Positions 38,284-47,948 of a DNA stretch of 64,000 nt are shown one piece after another. Source of the DNA: Takakia lepidozioides (taxonomy: Eukaryota > Plantae > Bryophyta); contig CM060733.1 in the NCBI GenBank assembly GCA_030704615.1, forward strand, positions 25,358,001 to 25,422,000. The letters are read 5' to 3'. The stretch's first letter is position 1. Each line of letters opens with the position of its first letter. Made by a program: the position numbers and the translations under genes. The notes under the pieces were generated by a model. That model had not been told where the DNA came from. It searched no databases and was given only the letters and a program-made list of their open reading frames with translations.

Positions 38284-39120
38284 CTATGCTATCAACTTCC
38301 AGACTTCTCTCAAAGTGCCTCGCTCTGCATGATGGTAAGGTGTAGGAGGTATATCTATGTCCAGAAACCTGCCACTAACATTGTCCCAAGCTACAGTAGC
38401 TCGCTCTAACCAACCCTCCTCCTCTTTCTGCCAGGTAGAGACAAAGCAATACTCCCCTATCTCCCGCTCACTGAACACTAAAGAAAACAAAGGTAGGGTC
38501 TGATAGTCTCTCAACTCGAAAGCTTTGAGACGGTTGCGGGTGTCCTCATTGCGAATGACTGCATCTCCTTCACGCACAACAAACATGTCATTGCTGATGA
38601 ACCCCCGCTCGTGGTTGCCCTGTGTAGAGCGTATCCGGTTGCAACCATGTCTGATTGCACAAACTTGTGTAGCTCCTGCTCCTCTGCTCCAGTACACCAC
38701 GGCCTTGTGGCTGAACACCTTGGTCCCCGGGGCTGTCTTTGGCTGTGTTCCAAGCCTAGCTTTCACCCACTTTGGTATTTCACCTACAGCTGCAGAACTG
38801 CTGGCTCCAACAGAGTTCTGACTGTCCAAGGCGATATTGAGGCCCTCAAGGCCAACTACAGCAGTCTGTTGTCTACTACTAATGCCTGACTCCCAGTATG
38901 CAATCAACTCGTCCAACTGTTCTCCACTCAAATCAGTCTGAGTTCCTTGGGAAACATAAATCTTGTCCCCTTGTGTGCACAGGCTAAGAGAAGAGACCTG
39001 CCCTTCAATTACGTCCTCATTTCCCCCAGCCATACAAGGAGTACATCCACAGATTTGTCTCTCATATAGACCAACACAGGTTCTAGAAACAGGATTGTGG
39101 ATCTTTCGTGACACACTCAC
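38284..39120 (-). CDS. Additional ORF of unknown function upstream of gag (278 aa open; first ATG at ~39033)
   Basis: Longest ORF in the window's track. It is on the gag-pol strand and inside the terminal repeats. No motif recognised. Confidence 0.55.
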   Translation of the reverse strand: MSVSRKIHNPVSRTCVGLYERQICGCTPCMAGGNEDVIEGQVSSLSLCTQGDKIYVSQGTQTDLSGEQLDELIAYWESGISSRQQTAVVGLEGLNIALDSQNSVGASSSAAVGEIPKWVKARLGTQPKTAPGTKVFSHKAVVYWSRGAGATQVCAIRHGCNRIRSTQGNHERGFISNDMFVVREGDAVIRNEDTRNRLKAFELRDYQTLPLFSLVFSEREIGEYCFVSTWQKEEEGWLERATVAWDNVSGRFLDIDIPPTPYHHAERGTLREVWKLIA

Positions 39121-39482
39121 ACTCTAAAAATTCCATAGATTTTTAACAGAGTCCCCAAAACAGAAACCAGGTTTAGATAGGTAGATTTCCCCTTTCTGCA
39201 GCTATCCCCCCAAAAACTGAGTCAAACAGAGTCCATTTGACAAAGATATGACCAATTTGGCTCTAAATCCTTTAAATTAGATCAAAAGACCAAACAAATA
39301 CAAAGATTTTATTTTATTTTATTTTTTAATACTTGTCTAGGTTCCCTGTTCCCTGGTTATCTACGGGTTCCCGAGGCCGTTCCCCGACTATGCTGACTCC
39401 AGGGCTTTGATCCTTTGCGCTTGAACCAAGTAGCTCCCTGACCCACGCTCGTATCACCAGTACACACCCCTGCTCGACAGGC

Positions 39483-39660
39483 TTAGCACCCCATAGGCTT
39501 CCCTCCTTCTAGCGCCACTGACTTCAACAGCAGGCTCAGCAGGCTTTGTCCATAGAGAATGTTCAATAGTTCAAACAGCTCAACATCACTGGCCAGCTCC
39601 AGTACAGAGTGTAGCTCTGGATCAAATGCAGCTCCTAGCACTGACTCTTTGCCAGTAAGC
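39483..39660 (-). pseudogene. Captured fragment of a conserved plant gene (At1g73470-like); a second partial copy lies at ~39985-40033
   Basis: [39 protein letters not shown]. The family assignment is from memory. Confidence 0.55.
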
Positions 39661-40074
39661 AGGTATATCTCTGCTGCTTTCTTGTCATGTTGTAAACAGC
39701 CTTGGAAGGTTTCAGACCTTGAGCTGGTCCACCTGTGACTTCTCGACCTCCAACCAATAATGTGCCTCATAATAAGATGGTTTACCATTACTTGCCAAGT
39801 GCATAGAAGCATTACTGCAGCCTAACATAATCTTGCTATCGAGACAGGGAAGACGGAAGGAAATGAAGAAATGTCATAACCTCCAGCAAGCGGTAAGGAG
39901 AAGAAAGCCCGAGAACTTAAGAAACAGTACCAATTTCTTCGTCAATGCCCATATCCTTATACAAAGCAGAGACAAACAGGCAGCACATGACTGGCCAGCT
40001 CCAGTACATAGTGTAGCTCTGGATCAAATGCAGCTTGTGCATATGTTACTGATGAGCGTTCTGACGTTGAACAG

Positions 40075-40260
40075 GCAAGAAGAGGTTGCCTGCGTATCTT
40101 GAAAGAGTTGGTGCGGCTGCAAGCACTGGTGCGGGGCCACACAGTGCGAAGGCAGGCTGCCAGTACCCTGCGGTGCTTGCAAGCGCTGGTGCGAGTGCAG
40201 GCTCAAGTGCGAGCACGCCGTGTTCGAATGTCATAGCAGGGCCAGACCGTCTAGCATATC
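40075..40260 (+). pseudogene. IQD: Captured IQD (IQ67-domain) exon
   Basis: ttgaacag|[53 protein letters not shown]. It starts at the conserved phase-0 intron of the IQ67 domain and has premature stops. Confidence 0.85.
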
Positions 40261-40855
40261 ATTAGGCAACATCGTCTTGAGGCCCAGCAACATGATTCCA
40301 AAACAGTGCCTTATGTGTAGGCTAGAAGAAGCAGGTGAGATCGCTGTTTTTGTCCGAAAACAGTAGGGTCCAGCTTCGTTCAGATTCTCCATTTCAAACG
40401 GTACAAAGCAAAATTCCAAGCACTCCCGCTACCAGACTTTCCAGAACTGCAGAGATTACGAAACACCGGGACTTCCATCATGAGCGACATGCTGTGCGAC
40501 AATCGAAGTCCGTGCCTCCCTTCCGCTCGATAGTGCCACTGCTCAAATTCCCTCCCTCTTGCGGCTTTTCTAAGACTCTTCTTTCCTTTCCCTTTAATGG
40601 ACTGTACAACACCTATGCTCTTGCGCACAGACCAGCGAGGGAGCGACTTGCGGTTTGCGAGCTTGCAAGGGGCGGGAAAGAGAGAACAAGGGGCGGGGAA
40701 GAGAGAGAGAGACTCGCCTACACTCTTGCGCACAGACCATTGAAACAGCAGGGCCAGATGGACTCCCGCCCCAAGATATATATTATAATAATGCTAAAAC
40801 AAACATTGTATCTAGCTTAGCACCAGCACACTAGATAACGCGCATCTTTCTCGAG

Positions 40856-41206
40856 TGATAAACAAGCATAGAGACACTGTTGACACAAAACATATGAAAT
40901 CCATCTCTATCACTCTTTATAATAGAAGTCGAGCCAGGGGCACCCCAAGCTGTGGGGACTCCACCCCACAATAACCTACACTCCCATCATGAGTACACTC
41001 AGATCTAAACGCATGCAGGAGCTCGGTCGCGCAGGCTCAACTCGAGAAAGATGAGCCGCGCGACTGCCGCTCTCGTGAAGATAAGACGGACCAGGTGTCA
41101 AACTAAACTTGACACCTGATTTAACACTTGACCTAAATCCAAGTGTTAAATACAAATAACTAGTTTTATTCTAGCTGTTTTCACACTGTGCTTATTTAAC
41201 TTGACA
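40856..41206 (-). repeat. LTR-like repeat X1 (351 bp), 5' end of the Gypsy-DNMT element
   Basis: Direct repeat of 29747-30098. The minus strand begins TGTCA and ends TTATCA. Confidence 0.9.
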
Positions 41207-43510
41207 ACCGAGATCTGTTGTAGCGATGCGAAATCCTCCCAGACTGATTCAGTGATTAAAAAACTAGCAGGGGGGCCTTTCCTGAAAATGAGAGGCGTGA
41301 TGCAGGTTGCATTCGGGCAGTCTCCAGTATTTATCTTTGAGGAGTTGTGGAGGGACAGGTGGGAAAATGATTTGAGACCAACAAATTTTTTTGTCGTGGC
41401 TTGGTTGCTGGCAATTTTTGTGAGGATTGGAAGGATACTTGTATCCGCAAGCGGAGGGAGTGGCGTGGGAGTGTAGAAGACCTGTGCCTTAGGGATCCAT
41501 TTCTCTTTGCTGCTGGAAGAGGCTTTGTTCACCCTAGATTCAATTCGCAATGTCGCATAGGGTCCGAGTCTTCTCTTTTTTTCTTTCAAGCTGGAGGTGA
41601 AAGGGTAATGCGAAGCAGCCCAACAGCCCAGTCAAGGTCATTGATGGCACCCTCCGAGGGGTGTGTAATTTTTGGTAGGTCTAGGGGGTTCCCTGTAGCA
41701 ATAGGTATCTTGGAGTTGGGGAAGCATTCAGAGGGAGTTGGAGAGTGGGAGGAGGGAGTATGGATTCTGACCCCTTGTCTCTTCCTCTTCCCTTCTTTGC
41801 ACTCTACCTTGATGTGTCCCAGTTTGCCGCAATTGAAACATGCCACCGATGAGGTGTCTTCCACTAGCCTGATTGTGTAGTAGTTACCATCCTCGTCAAT
41901 GGATAATTTTACGAAGGGCGAGAGGCTAGCCTCGTTTGGCATCATTAGAACAAATTTGGGGCAACCTGTGTCATTCAGCCTAAGGTAGTGGTATCTTGAA
42001 GTGTGCTTTTAAGCATAGTGCAACTCCTCAGAGGGTGTAGTGTCACAAAAATTATATGAGCAGAATAGCAAATGAAGCAACAATCATTTGTGCAAAGCAC
42101 ATAATTTTCCAATCACGGATGTATTATATATGAACTATCAAAATCAAAGTGCATATTATCCCACTACTGTTCAATAGGTCCATCCTATAATGCCATATAA
42201 TCCTCCTTGATATGTGCTTTAAGTTGCCCTGAGTGCACAAGATGTGCATCTACAACTGTCCCAAAAATTAACAAAACTAGGCCATGTGCGGGCCCAAAAG
42301 TAACGGTCTCCCAACGCGGGATTGGGCACATCTACTTATGGAAGAACCCATAACTTTCCTTTGGAGGGATGACGACTTGTGCAAAATCTGACCATATACA
42401 ACTCCAAGTAGGACCCTTAAGTATGCCTTGAGTTGACCTACAACTCCTTATATATGGCCATCTGAGAACCCTACTCTAGCCGACCCCGTGGACACAGCTA
42501 GAAGACTCCACAACTCCCTCATTTCCCATTTTTCTGTCATCCTTGGCAACGGAAGCATGATAAAAATGTGTGCATTGGAACACTATAGAAGGTGCACCAT
42601 GCATCCCATTTACATTGATGCTTGGCTGCTGTATTAATTGGCCATCGTCCCAAAACACTCGCCTCCACTTTCAAAAACAAATTAGGAATTTGAAATAAGA
42701 ATCAATAGGCTGCTATGTAATTAGCCCCACTAATGCACCATTAAATAAGCCCCTTGTACTCCAAAACACCTCACATTGTACCTAATCCAAAGCAATAATT
42801 AACCTTGAATCACCTCCTTTACAAAATTGCACAATACTAGGATGAAAAGGGTGACTTCATTCATAAAAAATAGGGGACATAATGAGGTCGCGCACACTTC
42901 TAGATGCCACTACCTTAGATGCTATGGTAGCAGATTTCCAGGCTGGCCCAAGCTTGATGTTATCTATATTGAGAAAAGAATCAAAGACTCCAATACAGCC
43001 AAGAAAGGACCCAAAATGATTTGCAATGTCTGGGAGGTTAAAAAGATACTGATCTGGAATGTTTGGAACTGACACAATTCTAGGCCCCCACAACTTGCCA
43101 TTTCTATTGCCCATTTTGGAGGACCACGGGAATATGTTCACATTAAACCTATGGAGATGGGGGTTGAACTTGAGGGCTTTTGCTGCAGCTTCCTTTGTTT
43201 CAAAGAGAATGGAGAAGAAGCCCCTACCCTTAGCAATGCAAAAATGTTGTGTGAGCTCACCCGTCCCTCCAAGATGTTTGATAGCCCAGTCTCTCGCGGA
43301 AGCTCGGCTAACATTTATGCCAGGGAAGTGAGCCAAGATGTTGTGTTCCTCCAATGAAGAAGTTCTCTCCCTCATGTGAGGCATGTCGATTTTTATGATG
43401 GGGAAGTCTTCGTCCATCGCTTCTTGATCTTCCACCAGCTCACTGACCAACTCAGTCTGATCCGGTTGATTGTCCTGTATGGGCAGGTTGTTGGTCGCAG
43501 GTGTGTCCAA
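41207..43510 (-). mobile_element. L1 LINE ORF1 (DUF4283-like region plus CCHC knuckle), interrupted by a MITE and truncated at the Gypsy repeat
   Basis: GRGFFSILFETKEAAAKAL...VNIFPW...VPNIP and CFNCGKLGHIKVEC. Confidence 0.8.
41983..42915. mobile_element. Non-autonomous TIR element with TA target-site duplication (933 bp)
   Basis: 24-bp TIR AGGTAGTGG(T/C)ATCT(T/A)GAAGTGTGC with TA at both flanks. Removing it restores the LINE ORF1 frame. Confidence 0.85.
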
Positions 43511-46500
43511 AATCGGGAGGTTCAGATGCCCAGTTGGAAATGCGCGGGTGGGTGGGGGGGGCCCAAAAAAGGTGGAGCGAAGGGAACAACAGTTTGAGGA
43601 GGGTCCCTGGGTGCTGGCCTAGGTGGAAGGATGGATTGCGCCTGGTGGGCCAAGAAGAAGCCTGTTCCCGAAGATGGTTGGACACGAACCGGAGGGTGCT
43701 GAGCATAGCTCCTAGGAGGTTGAGCTCGAGGGAGGTAGGGAGCTCTAGCGGGAGCAGAGTTAGCGTCCCTCTAGGATGTCGGGGTTCTTGGTGCGCGGGG
43801 AGTAGAATGGAGCCATAGATTTGAGAGCGCTGCTTCTGTCAAGAGACCTGGAGCTAAGGGAGGGGAGATCGATAGCAAAGACTCACGAAGAAACAAAGAG
43901 GGGAAGAATCGAAGGAAAGAATTTGAGAAAAGCTTAGGCGGGTAGATCAAAAGGGGGGAAGAGTGGAAGGTGGCGGCTGGGTGGGCCGACCAAGTGGCAT
44001 GAGTTTAATTTTACTAGATGTTGACAGCGATAGCTGGGCCGTGGGAATCCTGCTGATGATAAATGGCGCCGCTTATATACTAGGATGTTAAGCATGAGCC
44101 AGGATGAGAGGCTGATGAGTGGGGAGACATGTGTTGAGTTAAGAATGGAACTAAGTTTTGAATGAAAAATAACAAAAAAGAGCTGGAAATGACAACAATC
44201 TCTTGATTGAGTCGAAGAATCCGAGTCGGCTGGTATGGATTGAAGATCGCTAGAAGATTTTCAGGAGAGAGACGAAGAGACCGTTGGGAGTCTCTTTCTC
44301 TCATCTAAAAACGCGGAGCTCCTACATCGCTCTTTTCCATGTTTTCTTCGTTTTTATTCCATTTTGAAAACATATAACTCATGTGACCATGGTTTAAAAA
44401 ACATAAAACCCCGATGACCGTGGGTTTGTGCCTACGTGAGCTCTGCTCATAGATGTGCTCACGTTCTACCAACCCCCCCATTTTTGGACCTGCGATGTAC
44501 TAAATTACAAAATCAGGTGTTGGAGGGACATTGGAGGTTGCACTTGGGCTTAGATAGAGGCCATGCCCTTGATGAGTAGGGATGCATCAACTTGGTCTCG
44601 CCATTTTTGGATTTGCGATGTGGAGATATGGAATTTCAACTAAATTCAACTAAATTACAAAATCAAGTGTTGGAAGGACATTGGAAGTTGCACTTGGGCC
44701 TAGATAGAGGCCATGATTTTGGTACCGTTGGAAAGCCCTCGATGAATAGAGGTGCATCGACTTGGTCTCACCATTTTTGGACCTAAGATGTGGGAGATAT
44801 GGAATTTCAAGTACATTTGGTCGTTGGAAATTCATGAAAAATAGCAAAGTGGGCTAAGTTCCTGACCCAAACAAGGATTGGGAATATTACTACTCAATAA
44901 CTTCATGGAAAAGAATAAATTGGTTTTCTTCAAACGGCTTCAACATAGGAGACGCACTTGGATACATAGGGGATTGCACTTGGTCTTAGATGACCATAGA
45001 CGCTCGAGCCAACGGAGGCTACCCTACTTTAGTTGAAGAGAAGCAATAAGTGGAAATACGCAATGATGTAATTTCATAAATCACTCCATCGATCTTAAAT
45101 GTCTCGTGATTCCTTCTATTTTCCTGCCTTAAACAAGAACTCAACTTTTAAACCGGGAAATTCTAAGATTAAGGCTCATTTAATTTCGAGCCTTTGCATA
45201 GGAAGAAATACTTAGCTGCCCATTGTGACCGCTCTGGGAGGCTCCCCACGATTGTATTGCCTTATCATGGCCCTGTCGAGGTTATTTTTCCTCGCTTCTT
45301 TAATCATCCCCTTTTATTATTTATTTAAAAGAAAAAGAACGGGAGATTCTTCTTGAATGTGAACGGGGTTACTGAATTTGAACGTGTTGTTCCTCAATGA
45401 AGTACGGAGAATCACTCACTTATATGTAATTTAAAAGGTTCGAACTTAGCTCGAATGAACTGAAATATTGAAAAAATTAATCACCCGACTAGAAACATCA
45501 GTGGTGTGGACTGAAAATGAATTTTAATCACTTCGAACTGTTGTATTAATCTGTACAGTTGCACTCTTGGATTTCCTCATAGTAAGAGACTCCTTGATTA
45601 GTTAAGTAATCGACTGGTAATCCATCTTTGATTTAGTTGTGAGGGCCGCGCGAACGCGAGCCCCCGCTGCCACAAATTATGACGTGCATGCCCCCCGTAG
45701 GGAGATGCTAGGGTCACCCACTCCGTAGTGCAATGGAACAGATTCCCCTAGGCCATCGACGTTGTTGATCATCGATAGACCCCGCCCAGGTAAGTATGTT
45801 ACCATGGCGGAAGGTTGGGTTTATATACTCCAATCCTGTCCACTTATGGGCAATCGATATGGGATAAAGATTTGCTATATATTTTCTCTACGGGGGTCTC
45901 CTCGTAGCCGAATAGGCTCATGATATAGGTTGGGAGTTGGGAGCGCGTTCTTGTTAGCTCGCTCATCTCCCTTTATCGGATCTTGGTATTTCCATCTGTC
46001 TCTGGTAAGTTTGTTGCTGTGTTCTGCGTTGGGTTGGTTTCTTTCCTGTGCCTAGCTGCTGGGTTTCGCTCGTTTCTGCTTGGTGACTAGTGTTTAGTTC
46101 CTCTCTCTGATCGAGGGATATCTCAACTAGTCATAGTTGGAGAGCGACTGCAAAGGGAATGTAGTTGCCGAGAATTTTCCTTCATCATCGCTGCGGAATC
46201 TATGAACATTGAAGAGCACAGTGCAGCGAAAAAGGTTGTTTTTCCTCTTAAGTCCTCATTGATGGCAAGTGGAATCCACCAGCAGCGTAGTCTTTGGGCA
46301 ATGGCGCTTTGCTAGTCTTGAGAAACTCAGGTCAAGATTTGTTGTTTGAATGTGATAAATGAAGAGAGATTTTCTCGTACAATGCCAACCCCTTTTACCA
46401 TGTCTTTTCTTTCATCCCAATTTCCAGAGCAAGCAGGCTAGGCAAGTAAAGTGTCATCCATAGGCAATCCTCAAAAGATAGCCATGCTAGCAGCGTGCAT

Positions 46501-47948
46501 TCATTTGCAGAGAACTATAATCTTTTGTAACGTAGTACTTGTAATGTACCTCAGCTTATGGTCTTCAGTTCATGACTGCTCTGAGGACTGGTGAGGAGAA
46601 TCGGTGTGATCTAACTTCTTCAGTTCTGATGGCCTCTGTAAAATATGAACCTCCAATTCCAGGCTGCATCACTTCTCAAGCAACAAGCGAGCAACCATGC
46701 CAATTCTACCCGTAATGGCTTCAAATCTTAAATTTCTCGAAAGTGTCCACGCACCCATTTACGATTGAACACGATGCTTAAGCAACTTCTGAAGATTTCG
46801 TGCTCCGTTAATGACTCAGAAGCATCAAATTTCTCAATAGTCTTCTCGGACTGGGCTTGAAGTACGGAGAGTGACCTAAATTTGTGAACTGGTATGGTAC
46901 CCACTCATACAGGTTAACCAATGCTCAACTCTACAGCAATGCGAGGTTGATGGTCCCTGTGATACAATGCAATGGAAACTGGAAAAATGGGTTGGCAGTT
47001 GTCCATCACTAAGCCTCTGCGACTTCTGGGCTGAGGGAGTGAAAGCAGAATGCGATAGAAGTTAATTGAAGTACCCGACCAAGCGGAAAATTATTGCTGT
47101 GTGGAAATTACTGTGCCAACTCGAGTTAGTGAGGAGCCCATTAATCGAGTCGAGTTTCTTCAAGGCTTCAAAACTCTAACACAAGGAAGAAAGGTATGAG
47201 AAGGTAACAAACCCTTTCTCAGGTTTATCCCCATACTTACATGCTTGGCAGTAGAGTCAGAGCCAGAGGAAGTATGTATGAAGACCTTATGGAGTCACGG
47301 AGAGGTTGCACGGAATGAGGTCGCAAAAGCGTACCTTGAAGGCTTCTTGAAGCAATTTGTAAGACCTTGTCAAACAGACAGAGCGAGGAATCCTGGGCGT
47401 TGAGAAAAATGGGACCTGGAATGCCACCAGCTCTCTGGTCTATGTACTTTGTTTGAAAAAATTGTTTGGAGGTTCGAATCAAATCTGCAATTTGGAGGAA
47501 GCCTTTAGAGATTTTTCCTGCAGAGTACGAATTTCGTGCAAAGGGAATGCCAAAGCCATCCTGTAAGCATAACATTGGTGTGGAAATTGAATATTCCCTT
47601 GTTTCTCTCTCTCAGAGAAGCATCATGACTTTTCTGCTCGACTGTTTGTTTGTGGGCCTTGATGATGTATCTCAGACAATGTGTTTCCTATCTTTATACG
47701 AGATGCACAGAAACTCGAGTTCAGCTATTTGCAGGAGGTTTGGTGCATCTCACATCTCCCATATTGCCAGGCCAGCTTGACTTACATGCACACATCCAGC
47801 TTAGTCAACCAAGCTTCTTCCCTGCAAGGTCATTTCATTTCTTTGACAACTTGTGGAACTGTTTTGTGTGTGGAGCTGATCAGAGAACCATCCTGATTGC
47901 TGGTGGAGGTATATTAACAGTACTTGCACAGATTTTAACTGTGAAAGT

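Larger units (their letters stand above)
29661..41206 (-). mobile_element. Ty3/Gypsy-type retrotransposon with DNMT3-like methyltransferase and PHD finger, heavily frameshifted
   Basis: Minus-strand order: repeat X, extra ORF, gag with zinc knuckles, protease, DNMT, RT, RNase H, integrase, PHD, PPT, then repeats Y-X-Y. Outer ends are TG...CA. Confidence 0.9.
26867..44477. mobile_element. MULE-like TIR element (~17.6 kb including nested insertions)
   Basis: 9-bp TSD CCATCTTTG (26858-26866) / CCATTTTTG (44478-44486). Imperfect TIRs G(A/G)GGTTGG..TAG...ATGAGCAG...GCTCACGT...CACAA.CCACGG. No transposase recognised. Confidence 0.6.
26722..45030 (+). mobile_element. Third Helitron-like copy, split by a large insertion (parts 26722-26866 and 44478-~45030)
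   Basis: Starts A|TCAACATATAAAG-(GTTT)n-GAAATGTCCCAAACC. The family sequence GGTCTCACCAT.TTTG|GACCTGCG resumes at 44478 and ends near GCCAACGGAGGCTACCCTA. Confidence 0.65.

Noticed and set aside
39447-39459. TGGTGATACGAGC on the minus strand, resembling a tRNA-Met PBS (TGGTATCAGAGC)
   Set aside because: The match is imperfect and no LTR copy is adjacent. Even after removing the captured segment it lies ~60 bp from the repeat end.
29661-41206. DIRS/Ngaro element, suggested by split repeats plus a methyltransferase
   Set aside because: No tyrosine recombinase was seen. The element has a protease and DDE integrase in Gypsy order, and the methyltransferase is C5-cytosine type (PCQ/ENV), not the adenine type found in DIRS.
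45030-47900. Possible genes or RNA genes in the ORF-poor stretch
   Set aside because: No tRNA, rRNA or protein motif recognised. It is probably promoter/5' UTR and old repeat debris.
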